From an uncultured virus (IMG/VR IMGVR_UViG_3300010885_066780) (taxonomy: Duplodnaviria > Heunggongvirae > Uroviricota > Caudoviricetes), in IMG/VR virus record IMGVR_UViG_3300010885_066780: DNA of 64,000 bases; one strand, given 5' to 3'. A model generated the notes under the pieces. That model ran no database searches. It had not been told where the DNA came from and saw nothing but the letters and a program-made list of their open reading frames with translations. Below are positions 10,020 through 20,394 of this stretch, piece by piece (position 1 is the first letter of the stretch; each line of letters opens with the position of its first letter). Both the position numbers and the translations under genes were made by a program.

Positions 10020-11536
10020 TCGGTTTCCAAACGGTCTAACTCGAAGTTGGACTGTCGGTCAACTGTGACCAATACAACTTTGAATCCCCAAAGTTCACGG
10101 AAATAATCCAGGGTTTTGTTGGCAGTTGATTCATCTAACATTACATTGTTGTTTGTGAAATTAGTTAAAACACAGGTGCGAGTATTAAAATCAACATCTG
10201 TAATTTGAATATCAGCTGATTTATACCCAATACTGGTTTCATATGCCAGTGAATTCCTAATGTTTTTATAACCACTTTCATTTCCAATATCGGCAATTTT
10301 GTAAAAACGAGAATTTTCTCGGTTATCAAAACTAAACAGTTTCATATCACGTATTACTTTTGGACTCAAAAATTGTTGTATTAATCCGTCATCTCGGAAT
10401 TCCTGATACATATAATGCCAATTTTCAACCCAATTTCCACCAGCATAATCAGGAAACCAATAACGATCTTCTTCTGTGGGATTTTGACTCATTCGTTTCA
10501 TATCAGCAAATATGCTAAACCCTAAATGATAGGGATTGAATCCAGAAAAATATTTATGGTCGTATTCTGGTTGAAATACTACAGACGTATGCAATTTGAT
10601 AAATTCAAGAAAGGCACCATCGTCAATCAGTACTTTTTCATGAAGGCGTGTCATAATATAATAGTGACAAGTACTAGCCCAGCCCTCATTGATAGTCTTG
10701 GACATCGCTTGGGGTCTATAATAGCTAGCTATTTTACGGACTATCCTGAGTATTTCTCGTTGCCAAGACTTCAAGATTGGTGAATTTTTTTCAAGAAAAT
10801 AAAGCAGATTTTCTTCAGGCCCATTGGGTAAAAACCTATTAGTTGGGAGTTCAGCAGCTCGTTTGGTATTGGGTATTAGTGACCAAAGCTCGTCATAATT
10901 AGCTTCATGAGCTGCATCACGCATTTTTTGTTTTTCACGTTCTTCTTTAGCACTTAAAATCTTTGGTTTGGCATACATGTCAACACTGTGGTCCATGAGT
11001 GAATGTGCTGCATCCAATATTTTTTCAACTTCATCAACGCCAAATTGTTCTTCACATTGTGTAATATACTTTTTAGCAAATCCCAAGTAATCGATAATTG
11101 AATCAGCCGATGTCCATTGTTTAAACAAATAATTGTTTTTGAAGAATGAATTGTGTCCAATTGCAGCGTGGGCAATAACCAATGCCTGTGCTGTAGCAGT
11201 ATTTTCATCCATTAGATAATTTACGCAGGGTGATGTGTTCAGAACCATTTCCAGTGCAAGGCCCATCTTACCTGCTTTATACAATTCAGAATTGTTGATG
11301 AAACTTTTGCCAAAACTCCAGTGATTGTACATCATTGGCATACCAACACTGGAATAAACATCTAACATGTTTTCATATGAAACAATTTCAAATTGGTTGG
11401 GATACCAAGTTAATTTAAGTTCTTCTTCACCTATGCGGCAACATTCTTCATATATGCGTTCAAGTATTTCTGGAGTCCAATCTGCGTTTTCAAATAATAG
11501 TGTCATTTTGCAAACAACTCCCCGAATATTTTCCAA
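10016..11536 (-). CDS. ycgB: SpoVR/YcgB family protein
   Basis: 'GMP.MY.HWSFGK', 'VIAHAAIGHNSFFKNN', 'NEGWAS', 'NPY.LGF'; real start probably at MTLLFE. Confidence 0.92.
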   Translation of the reverse strand: MENIRGVVCKMTLLFENADWTPEILERIYEECCRIGEEELKLTWYPNQFEIVSYENMLDVYSSVGMPMMYNHWSFGKSFINNSELYKAGKMGLALEMVLNTSPCVNYLMDENTATAQALVIAHAAIGHNSFFKNNYLFKQWTSADSIIDYLGFAKKYITQCEEQFGVDEVEKILDAAHSLMDHSVDMYAKPKILSAKEEREKQKMRDAAHEANYDELWSLIPNTKRAAELPTNRFLPNGPEENLLYFLEKNSPILKSWQREILRIVRKIASYYRPQAMSKTINEGWASTCHYYIMTRLHEKVLIDDGAFLEFIKLHTSVVFQPEYDHKYFSGFNPYHLGFSIFADMKRMSQNPTEEDRYWFPDYAGGNWVENWHYMYQEFRDDGLIQQFLSPKVIRDMKLFSFDNRENSRFYKIADIGNESGYKNIRNSLAYETSIGYKSADIQITDVDFNTRTCVLTNFTNNNVMLDESTANKTLDYFRELWGFKVVLVTVDRQSNFELDRLETD

Positions 11537-12783
11537 ATTTGATTTTGATCAGTAACTCTGGCACATTCCATGTTTTTAAATTCTTGACTTAATTGTGAAT
11601 ATGTATTCCAAACTGAATAATCACTATATGCAAATAGATAACTGTTGATCACATCTTCATCTTCTCGGTCAACTTGTACATATGTGACATATTGCATAAT
11701 AGGCAATAAATCTTCTCGCATTATTTGATCAACTAGTTCATTATCATGTAATGAATTGTCGCCATCACTGACACTGGCCATATAAATGTTCCATTCTGAA
11801 ACTGGATAGTCATCAGCAATGATATCACGGATTAATTCAAGACCAGATGAAATTACAGTACCACCATTTATACGACCATAGAAAAATTCATCCTCACTGA
11901 CTTCCTGGGCGGTAGTGGTATGTCGAACAAAACGTATTTCAATTTTTTCATATTTTCTTTGTAGAAAAAGATAGAGCAATAAGAAATAACGTTTGGCAAT
12001 ATTTTTTTCGCGTTCTCCCATGCTAGCAGAAACATCCATTAAACAAAACATAACTGCCTGTGATCTTGGCTTGGGTTGCGGAGTCCATAAATTATATTTC
12101 AAATCGTTTTCATCAATATAGGGAACTCGTTTTTGTCTTGCGATTAAATCTTCAAGCAATTCAGTGAGTTCTTTTACCAATTTGGGATCAGTAGCAGCGG
12201 CTAATTCTTGCCGTATTTCTTCAATACGCTCATCAGTGGGACGATTTAATGCAATACGTCTAGAGATACTGTTTCTAAAGGTACGTTCCACATTGAGGTT
12301 TGCGGGTGATCCACTAGTAGTCAACCCAGCTCTAGCAGGTTTGTTTAATTCAATGGTCTTCATAGCTTCTTTTATGAAGTCTGGAAGTTCCATGTCCTCA
12401 AATAAGTAGTCTAGGAATTCTTCGCGTGATATTGTGAATTCAAAATCATCTTCTGCATCATCACCGGCCGATCCTTTTTTGCCTTTGGTGCTACCATTTC
12501 CATTAGGTGGTTTTTTTACTAGATCGCCTGGTTCATATTCTTTATTACCAGGCAATACACGACGATGATCTCCGGTATTTCGATCTGGTCGAAAGGTTGG
12601 TTCAGTAAAATCTTTTGAACGAGCCTTAACCTGTTCACCATTTCCAACATCTCGTATTTGTTTTTCAGAAACAGATTTACGAACAGCAGCTTTGATCTGC
12701 TCTTTGGCTCGACGTAAAAACCTCTGACGATTAACTAGGCTTTTGCCAGGAGGATTCTTACGCCGATCAATAATTACAGCCAT
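11503..12783 (-). CDS. yeaH: YeaH/YhbH (DUF444, vWA) family protein
   Basis: 'IIDRR.N...KS..NRQRFLRR', 'AVMFCLMDVSASM', 'GGTVISS', 'SDGDN'. Confidence 0.92.
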   Translation of the reverse strand: MAVIIDRRKNPPGKSLVNRQRFLRRAKEQIKAAVRKSVSEKQIRDVGNGEQVKARSKDFTEPTFRPDRNTGDHRRVLPGNKEYEPGDLVKKPPNGNGSTKGKKGSAGDDAEDDFEFTISREEFLDYLFEDMELPDFIKEAMKTIELNKPARAGLTTSGSPANLNVERTFRNSISRRIALNRPTDERIEEIRQELAAATDPKLVKELTELLEDLIARQKRVPYIDENDLKYNLWTPQPKPRSQAVMFCLMDVSASMGEREKNIAKRYFLLLYLFLQRKYEKIEIRFVRHTTTAQEVSEDEFFYGRINGGTVISSGLELIRDIIADDYPVSEWNIYMASVSDGDNSLHDNELVDQIMREDLLPIMQYVTYVQVDREDEDVINSYLFAYSDYSVWNTYSQLSQEFKNMECARVTDQNQIWKIFGELFAK

Positions 12784-14711
12784 TAATTAGACTTTCTGTT
12801 GCGAATATAATAATCAACCAGTCGACGAACTTGTCGATGCGTGTATCCCGCAGATGCCATGCGATCAACAAAGTCTTCATGTTTTTTAGCAGTTTCTGAA
12901 TCCTTTTTCGCAGCATATGAAATAACAGGAATTAGATCTTCAGTTGAACTGAATATACGCTTTTCAATTACATCACGAAGCTTTTCATAGGCAGTCCACT
13001 TAACTTTTTTACCACCACGCTCGGCACGCAACACAAAGTTTACAACTTCATTTCTAAAATCTTTGGGATTTGCTATGCCAGCAGGCTTTTCAATTTTTTC
13101 TAATTCTTCATTAAGCACAGAACGATCCCAAAGTGTTCCGGTATCAGGATCCTTGTAATCAGTGTTTTGTATCCAGTGATCTGCATACATTACATAGGTA
13201 TCAAACAAACTTTGTCCATATTCTGAATAGGATTCAATATAGGATTTTTGTAGAGCTGATCCAATATATTCCATATACTTATTGTTCAACTGTTTAATAA
13301 ATTCCTGATACTTTTCTTCAGTTTCTTTAGGGAATTGTTCTTGCTTAATCGATTCTTGCAATACTAACATTAGATGTACAGGATCAGCTGAAACTTCTTC
13401 TGAATCGTGATTGAATGTTTTACTCAATATTTTAAATGCGAATCGAGTTGAAATGCCATCCATTCCTTCATTGACGCCTGCAAAATCACGATATTCTTGT
13501 AGTGTTTTAGATTTAACATCAATATCACGCAGGTTTTCACCATTATAGACTCTCATTTTAGCATACAAGCTGGATGATTCATGTGGTTTAATTCTGCTCA
13601 TTACAGAAAATTCAGCCAGCATTTTTAAAGTTTCTGGAGCACATGGTGCAGCACTAAGTGAAGATGAGTTTAACATTTTTTGATAAATTTCAACTTCTTC
13701 ATCTGCACGAACACAATAGGGGACTTTGACTGTATATATTCTGTCAAGGAATGCTTCGTTCTTTTTGTTGTTTCTAAATTCTGCCCATTCACTTTCATTA
13801 GAGTGGGCAATAACAATACCCTGGAATGGAATAGCCCCAATTTCTTCAGTGCCCACATATGTACCTTCTTGCGTAGCAGTCAGTAGTGGGTGAAGAGTCT
13901 TAATGGGCGCTTTCCAAATTTCCACCATTTCTACTATACCTTGGTTACCACGGCACAGGGCACCAGAATATGAATAGGCATCTGGATCACACTGTGAATA
14001 ACGGTCCAACTTTCGCAAATCCACTTTACCAACCAGTTGTGACACGTCTTGGTTGTTTTCATCACTGGGTTCAGTCTTCATAATACAACGTTGACGTAAT
14101 TGGTCCGGATATAGTTTGATGACTCCAAATTTGGCGAGATCATCTGCTGAATTGCAACGTTTAATTGCCCATGGACTGGGAATGGTCTTGAAGTATCGGA
14201 TTGGGATTCCATATGTCTTGCTGGCTTCTTCAGCCGCACCCATATATGCGATTAATCCAAGTGGACTTTCAAAAACTGGGGAAATTTCACCAGCATATGT
14301 CAAACAATAGACTGGGTTCTTTTCCATTAGTTTTTTGACATGTTCTGCCAGGCTCGACTTTCCGCCTCCTACAGGCCCCAGCAAATATAAAACTTGTTTG
14401 CGTTCTTCAAGACCCTGTGCTGCATGTCGGAAAAATGAAACAATTTTTTCCACTGTTTCTTCCATGCCATAAAATTCACTAAAGCTGGGATAAATTCTAA
14501 CTGCTCGATTTTGAAAAATGCGACTCAGTCGCGCATCTTTACTGGAATCAAGTAATTCAGGTTCACCTATTGCAGACAACATGCGCTCAGCAGCTGATGC
14601 GTATGCCAGTGGATCTTTTTTACATAATGTTAGGTAATCATCAATTGAAAATTCTTCTGTTTGGGATTTGGCAAAACTGTCTTTATATTTGCTGAATAAA
14701 GTTGAAACCAT
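12783..14711 (-). CDS. yeaG: PrkA/YeaG family AAA+ ATPase/serine kinase
   Basis: 'LLGPVGGGKSSL' Walker A, 'DPDAYSYSG.L', 'LHPLLTATQEG', 'NEAFLDRI'. Confidence 0.93.
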   Translation of the reverse strand: MVSTLFSKYKDSFAKSQTEEFSIDDYLTLCKKDPLAYASAAERMLSAIGEPELLDSSKDARLSRIFQNRAVRIYPSFSEFYGMEETVEKIVSFFRHAAQGLEERKQVLYLLGPVGGGKSSLAEHVKKLMEKNPVYCLTYAGEISPVFESPLGLIAYMGAAEEASKTYGIPIRYFKTIPSPWAIKRCNSADDLAKFGVIKLYPDQLRQRCIMKTEPSDENNQDVSQLVGKVDLRKLDRYSQCDPDAYSYSGALCRGNQGIVEMVEIWKAPIKTLHPLLTATQEGTYVGTEEIGAIPFQGIVIAHSNESEWAEFRNNKKNEAFLDRIYTVKVPYCVRADEEVEIYQKMLNSSSLSAAPCAPETLKMLAEFSVMSRIKPHESSSLYAKMRVYNGENLRDIDVKSKTLQEYRDFAGVNEGMDGISTRFAFKILSKTFNHDSEEVSADPVHLMLVLQESIKQEQFPKETEEKYQEFIKQLNNKYMEYIGSALQKSYIESYSEYGQSLFDTYVMYADHWIQNTDYKDPDTGTLWDRSVLNEELEKIEKPAGIANPKDFRNEVVNFVLRAERGGKKVKWTAYEKLRDVIEKRIFSSTEDLIPVISYAAKKDSETAKKHEDFVDRMASAGYTHRQVRRLVDYYIRNRKSN

Positions 14712-14868
14712 TAAATGACCTTCGTTTCTATACTACATAAGTATAAGGTTATTTATGGCTATTTTCTAATTAATTGATGAAAAAATATAACTAGATGGTC
14801 ATAAATTAATCGAACTATTCAGTCAATAATATATTGAGATTTTTCTTGAAAAGTGATTATAATTGTTG

Positions 14869-15036
14869 ATGCCAGTAATTTGCCAATTGTGTAATCAATC
14901 ATTTGAAAAACAAATAACCAATAGTCATTTAAAACATGCACATGGAACTACCACCGCAGCTTATAAAGAGCAGTTTGGTGCAAAAAGCTTAATATTTGAT
15001 TGTGGTAGAGAAAATTATATTTGGTTAAAAAAATAG
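14869..15036 (+). pseudogene. 55-aa zinc-finger peptide, probable internally deleted homing endonuclease remnant
   Basis: MPVICQLC...HLKHAHG...YKEQFG joined to 'IFDCGRENYIWLKK', resembling the C-terminal I(W/Y)DCG motif of phage homing endonucleases. Confidence 0.55.
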
Positions 15037-15055
15037 CTGCCGAAGCAGCTATTTT
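15030..15055. terminator. Bidirectional intrinsic terminator
   Basis: AAAATAGCTGC-CGAA-GCAGCTATTTT just downstream of the sheath stop codon. Confidence 0.85.
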
Positions 15056-15060
15056 CTGGA

Positions 15061-18000
15061 TTAATTTTGTACTGCACCGGGGAGTGGATCTCCGGTATTG
15101 AGTAATCTAATAGGGATAAAAATCATTTCCACGCTCTTCTCCGGCCGTATGGCTATATCCACCCAAAGTTCATTTCTATCTATGCGCGCAGAATCATTGT
15201 TAGAGGCGGAACAATTGATCGCATAATCGTATAGACCACGTAATCCCACCAAATTGCCCATGAAATTCGTAAATACGGCCGTAACTGCTGCGCGAGTTTG
15301 ATTGTCGTTTGGTTGGAATAGGAATGGCATTCCCAGTAGATCCAAATTGTAATTCAAGTAGTTTAACAAACGAGCAACATTGATGCGATCCATTGCACTA
15401 CTTGTTGGACTCAAAGTCTTTTGTCCAAATATTACAAGACCTTTGTTGGGAATATAAGCAATGGGATTTATATTATTAGTATAAAGCACATCACGTTGAC
15501 CTTGGTTTAGTACGACTGGGATGTAATTATCTGAAGAATCCAAGTAACCAACTGAACTAAACACTGTTACAATGCCTCGGTTGAATCCAGCTGGAGCAAA
15601 CCAGGGATAAGCAACTTGGTCATTGTAAGAGAATGTTACAAGTGCAGCAACTGATGCTGGCGCAAATACTTCATTGCCGTCAATGTTTGTTGCCAATCCC
15701 CATGGATAATGTAAGCTGGTATATTGGTCTGCAACAGTAAGACCAGCATCACCGGTGACAACTGCATCAGCAGCATTGGTTGCCCAATTTTGAATACTGG
15801 TACCATCTGATGCTAGATGACTTGGGCAATCCCCTAGAACAAATGCCACTTGTTTTTTGTCAATATTTAAATTGATCATTGCATTAATGGTTTCTGGATA
15901 ACCAGGGCATGCAATCAAGTTAAAGAAGTTTTGTTCTGCTCTAACAGCTTGATTAGCTACAATTACTGCATTCAATGCATCTACCACAATTTGTCGTTGC
16001 GCTGCACTTCCCATATAAGGACGCCCTAGATTGTCATTGCCACTTGCAGTTACCCAACGATCTCGGTATGTGGCACCAACTGGCAAATAGTTTGGTGTCC
16101 AAACTTTGACGTTATTTGAACTGAATCTAGTATTGAATAACATGAGTCCTGTGGGATATAGTTGTGCATTTGGTGCATCATTATCAACGTAATCACTCAA
16201 TACCAAATCTTTTGTTGCAGTGCTGCCAGTTACGGTGCCGTCTATATTGGGACGTGCATCGGCAAATATAATGCCGCCTGGACTTGAATGGTCAGTTGAA
16301 TTAACCAATGTCCAAGTTGCTGACGCAGCGGTATATCTATAAATTACTGGATAATTTGTGGAGTCACTAGTGTCAAGCCACAAATCATAATCAACTAGTG
16401 GAGTTAAATCACTTTGGGTAGTTGGTGCACTGGCATTCAAAATAATACCAGCGGGATCTGTTGCAGGATACACATTCCGATACCCTTTCCAAATAGACCC
16501 ATTACTTACCATCACGTCTGCTTGTAAATAGGAATTGTACCAATATGTTCCAGCTACCGGTGATCCCAAAGGAGCTATAGCAGCAGGAGTATAAACAAAC
16601 TGTGACCAAGCAGAACCATCCCATTTTAGGAACATGTGATCTGCTTGTGCATTTGAAGTTCCAGTATAATTATAACGAACATATATACTACCAATTGCCT
16701 TATTTGCTCCAAATCCAATGTTAGCAGCCGCATCACTAGAATACATTGGAATAGTTCCTGTATTTGGAAGTGTATTTAAGCGTGTCCAAGTACCATTGAT
16801 ATTTTCTTTCATTACATAAGACGCACCCAAATCACTTGGAGTAGTATTAATCCAAATATTGTTGGTTGCCAAACTAGCCAAGCTGCTTGGAACAGTCAAC
16901 GTTGGAGAATACCCTTGGAAAGTCAATTGGCGTCCAAATACTGTGCCTACTTGTATACCAGCTGACATCAGAGGTGTTCCGCTGATATCCTGTAAAGTGA
17001 AATTTGTACCATTAGTATTTGTAAGAACCAGCGTGTTAGCAACATTTGATGCAACAATAGGTCCACCAGCAAATGCAGTATTGATTGCAGAAATCACACC
17101 AGCTAGCGTATTATTTGGGCTTGCTGGTACGTTAATGAGTATTGGGCCTGATCCAGCATCAATAGTGAATGCATTGCTTGTTAAGAAACCCGGAGTTAAT
17201 GTAAAGGTTGCTCCTGAACCAGATCCACCAGTAATTGAAACTGGGTTGCTGGGATATACTGTATAGTTACCAGCAGTGCTGACAGTAACAGTTGATACAC
17301 CCCAAGTAAAGTTGAAGCTAGCACCAGATCCGGATCCACTAGTAGTGGTTTGAGTTATTGGGTTGCTGGGAACGGAACCAGTATATTGACCAGCCTGAAC
17401 AACCGTTGTACTTGTAATAGCGCTTCCTGAAATAGTTGCCACTTTTAATATAATGGGGCTTGCATATCCTGCACCACTGAATGTCAGTGTATCATTGACC
17501 GCATAACCAGTACCACCAGCAGCAATAGTATTGGATACCAGCTTGATAGCCGCAACAGTTAACTGGCTTGCGACCGTATTTGTTCCGCCAACCACTGTCA
17601 ATACGTTGCCAACTTGATATCCAGCGCCAGCAGCAGTAACCGCAGCAGAACTTGTTAGCAGTGTTGCAGCAACAAAACTAGGACTAGTAACTGTTCCGGC
17701 TACTGATCCAAAATAGGTCTGTGTGGCAAAAATACCGGCATTTCTTAGTGGATGATGGGTTGCAGTTTGATCATCATTGTCTTTCAAATAAATGTTTGTT
17801 CCATCATAATTTGTCAATTGTAGATAACTATTTGCACCACTGGTTGAAATTGAAGCAACACAATTTGTTCCTGACCCAGAATTCAATTGACTGTTGATTG
17901 CATCAACAACAGTTGCTAGAGTGGGTGTACTTGGGACCGTAACGGTAAGTGTGTTGCCTGTACCAACTTTGATCGTAAATGTATCATTTGCAGTAAAAGT

Positions 18001-19101
18001 GGGATTAGCAACAGTTCCTAAAACAACTTTTGGAACAGCTTCTCTCCAACCGAATCCAGGATAATTGGCGGTATTTGATCCAACCTTATACCACCAAGCA
18101 GTGATACCCAGGCTAGTGGTTTGGTTGATTTTTTCCCAAATTTGATTGCTTGGTGCGGTGTTACCTGAAACAACACTATATGTATCTACTGCTAGATCAC
18201 CTGCTGATCCAAAACTGCTAGCGGGAGCAATAATATTGGTTGGTGTATTACTATTGAATCCCAGATCAGTAATTACTGAACCTGTTGTTCCAGTTAGTGT
18301 AATTGGTTGTCCAGCCAATGCACTGACAATTCTGATATTGTAGATATCGCCATATGAACTAGCAGTAGCAGAATATTTTCCGACCTGTGCATAAATGGTT
18401 GCTGTGATTTGTTTTTGTGTTAAGTAGGTGTTTGAATTAATTTTACTGGTAAGAGAAACCACAGTATCTGAAGTTGTAACTGGAATAGTTACTCCATTAA
18501 TTACCAGTGATCCACTAACACTGATTACTGTAGTTGAACTGCTTGTAACAGCAGTTGCAAAAGCTGTTTGAATAAAGCTTTCTAGATTTGCAGCAGAATT
18601 AATCACGGTGGGTGAATATGATTGCCATGCTAGTGCAGAATTAATGTTGCCATTAGATCTAAAAATGCCCCAGGTTGACAAGCTGGTATCTTGCCAATAA
18701 GCGCCATTAGCAGCAGCTCCTTGTGGAGCGGTTTTGCTGGGAATTAATTGGCTAGTATCCAAATCTGCACGCAACGCATATGCTGTGTTGTTTTGTCCAA
18801 GATATTGATACAATGCAAATAAACCATGTTCATTGAGTTCATTTCCGTACTGTTGTGTGCCACCAGCCGAATAATAAGTTGGCATGCCAAATGTTTGTAA
18901 AACATCTCGCTGACTTGTTAGTCTATATAATGCTCCAGCATTTGCTGAAGTGGTACCAGCTGCAATTGCAGATGTTCCTGATTGTGTTTTGTTTGCAGCC
19001 GTCGCAAAAATTACTAGCGGTACAGTACCGGCACCTGCTGTAGCATAAAAAGACTCATTGGTTAATGAGACTGAAACGCCAGGTGATACTAGAGTTGCCA
19101 T
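15061..19101 (-). CDS. Contractile tail sheath protein (gp18-like) with large insertions
   Basis: N-terminal 'LVSPGVSV', C-terminal 'PWFAPAGFNRG', 'DRINVARL', 'IDRNELWVDIAIRP'. Confidence 0.93.
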   Translation of the reverse strand: MATLVSPGVSVSLTNESFYATAGAGTVPLVIFATAANKTQSGTSAIAAGTTSANAGALYRLTSQRDVLQTFGMPTYYSAGGTQQYGNELNEHGLFALYQYLGQNNTAYALRADLDTSQLIPSKTAPQGAAANGAYWQDTSLSTWGIFRSNGNINSALAWQSYSPTVINSAANLESFIQTAFATAVTSSSTTVISVSGSLVINGVTIPVTTSDTVVSLTSKINSNTYLTQKQITATIYAQVGKYSATASSYGDIYNIRIVSALAGQPITLTGTTGSVITDLGFNSNTPTNIIAPASSFGSAGDLAVDTYSVVSGNTAPSNQIWEKINQTTSLGITAWWYKVGSNTANYPGFGWREAVPKVVLGTVANPTFTANDTFTIKVGTGNTLTVTVPSTPTLATVVDAINSQLNSGSGTNCVASISTSGANSYLQLTNYDGTNIYLKDNDDQTATHHPLRNAGIFATQTYFGSVAGTVTSPSFVAATLLTSSAAVTAAGAGYQVGNVLTVVGGTNTVASQLTVAAIKLVSNTIAAGGTGYAVNDTLTFSGAGYASPIILKVATISGSAITSTTVVQAGQYTGSVPSNPITQTTTSGSGSGASFNFTWGVSTVTVSTAGNYTVYPSNPVSITGGSGSGATFTLTPGFLTSNAFTIDAGSGPILINVPASPNNTLAGVISAINTAFAGGPIVASNVANTLVLTNTNGTNFTLQDISGTPLMSAGIQVGTVFGRQLTFQGYSPTLTVPSSLASLATNNIWINTTPSDLGASYVMKENINGTWTRLNTLPNTGTIPMYSSDAAANIGFGANKAIGSIYVRYNYTGTSNAQADHMFLKWDGSAWSQFVYTPAAIAPLGSPVAGTYWYNSYLQADVMVSNGSIWKGYRNVYPATDPAGIILNASAPTTQSDLTPLVDYDLWLDTSDSTNYPVIYRYTAASATWTLVNSTDHSSPGGIIFADARPNIDGTVTGSTATKDLVLSDYVDNDAPNAQLYPTGLMLFNTRFSSNNVKVWTPNYLPVGATYRDRWVTASGNDNLGRPYMGSAAQRQIVVDALNAVIVANQAVRAEQNFFNLIACPGYPETINAMINLNIDKKQVAFVLGDCPSHLASDGTSIQNWATNAADAVVTGDAGLTVADQYTSLHYPWGLATNIDGNEVFAPASVAALVTFSYNDQVAYPWFAPAGFNRGIVTVFSSVGYLDSSDNYIPVVLNQGQRDVLYTNNINPIAYIPNKGLVIFGQKTLSPTSSAMDRINVARLLNYLNYNLDLLGMPFLFQPNDNQTRAAVTAVFTNFMGNLVGLRGLYDYAINCSASNNDSARIDRNELWVDIAIRPEKSVEMIFIPIRLLNTGDPLPGAVQN

Positions 19102-19181
19102 TATTTACCTCTTGTTGTGAAAGAATTTGTCATATCTATATTTATGCTCGGCGCATTTTTATGGCGGTTTTCCAAATAGAG

Positions 19182-19210
19182 TTGATTTTGAAAATCTGAT
19201 TTCATATAAT
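19182..19210 (+). promoter_or_regulatory. Sigma70-like promoter
   Basis: TTGATT-N17-TATAAT, 6 nt before the ATG at 19217. Confidence 0.6.
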
Positions 19211-19216
19211 TTCACT

Positions 19217-19834
19217 ATGAATCAGAAAAAAATCATAATTGGTGTGGTGGGCCTTATCGGTAGTGGCAAAGGAACAGTTGGTGATTATCTATCCTATCAG
19301 CGAGATTTTGTGAGTTTGAGTTTTGCCGCAGCCTTAAAGGATGCGGTTGCTGTTATTTTTGGTTGGAATCGATTTTTATTAGAAGGCTCAACTTCTGTCA
19401 GTCGGGTTTGGCGTGAACAACCAGATGAATATTGGAGTGGTAAACTTGGTAGAATGATTACCCCACGTCTTATTTTACAAGAGATGGGAACTGAAGTCAT
19501 GCGTAAAAATTTTCATCCCAACATTTGGATTGACAGTCTGGAAAAAAGGATTCAATCTGAAACTGGATCTATCGTAATAACAGATGTGCGTTTTCCCAAT
19601 GAAGCTGATCTAATCAAACGTTTGTCAGGGCAGATTGTTTGGGTTCGAAAAGATCCACTCCCGGACTGGTTTTTGGAAGCACAACAGGGGAATATGGCGC
19701 CTGCTATAGAATTGAATATTCATGAATCCGAACGTGCTTGGATTGGAACATCTGTTGATTGGACAATTACTAACAATGGTTCTTTGACAGAACTTTATGA
19801 GAAAATAGAACAATTGATTAGAGACATCAATTGA
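19217..19834 (+). CDS. Deoxynucleoside monophosphate kinase (T4 gp1-like)
   Basis: 'GLIGSGKGT' P-loop, 'FA..LK', 'TPR..LQ..GTE', 'ITDVRFPNE', 'HESE'. Confidence 0.9.
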   Translation: MNQKKIIIGVVGLIGSGKGTVGDYLSYQRDFVSLSFAAALKDAVAVIFGWNRFLLEGSTSVSRVWREQPDEYWSGKLGRMITPRLILQEMGTEVMRKNFHPNIWIDSLEKRIQSETGSIVITDVRFPNEADLIKRLSGQIVWVRKDPLPDWFLEAQQGNMAPAIELNIHESERAWIGTSVDWTITNNGSLTELYEKIEQLIRDIN

Positions 19835-20394
19835 CTCTGTTGCTCAGTGGTGGAGCAGAAGGAGCAGACAGCTTATGGGATGCCTATGCTCGACATGCAG
19901 GACATGATGTGATTCACTGGAGTTTTGCTGGACATAAATCCAAATTGTCGAATGTCTATCAACTAAGTGACCAGGAATTGGCACAAGCAACACAATTTGT
20001 GGTCCGAGCCAACAAAACACTGAAGAGACGATTTCCTAGCCAAAATGCCTATGTTGATAATCTATTGCTCCGCAACTATTTTCAAATAGCTGAAACGTCA
20101 GCAGTCTATGCAATTGCTCCATTTGGTCGAGGAACTGGTTTGAATATTGAAGGTGGCACTGCTTGGGCATGTCAAATGTATGTCGATCAATTCATTTATG
20201 ATCGACGAAGTTGGAAAAAATGTCAGTTATTTTTGTTTGAAACTGCATCACTTCAATGGTTTGAATGGGAAATTGATAACTGGATACCCAAATTGAATAC
20301 TCCGGTACCCAAAGACACTTACGCTGGGATCGGTTCTAGAAAACTCAATCCCAGCGCTCTAATGGCATTTGATGCTTTTATTGTCGACCAATAG
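19831..20394 (+). CDS. SLOG-family (YspA/DprA-like) protein
   Basis: 'SGGAEGAD' and 'GGTAWA' motifs. Confidence 0.6.
   Translation: MTLLLSGGAEGADSLWDAYARHAGHDVIHWSFAGHKSKLSNVYQLSDQELAQATQFVVRANKTLKRRFPSQNAYVDNLLLRNYFQIAETSAVYAIAPFGRGTGLNIEGGTAWACQMYVDQFIYDRRSWKKCQLFLFETASLQWFEWEIDNWIPKLNTPVPKDTYAGIGSRKLNPSALMAFDAFIVDQ

Noticed and set aside
16859..17266. 135-aa ORF antisense to the sheath gene, and similar shadow ORFs (51229-51654, 53244-53729, 40657-41073)
   Set aside because: They overlap well-supported genes on the opposite strand and show no motifs or RBS
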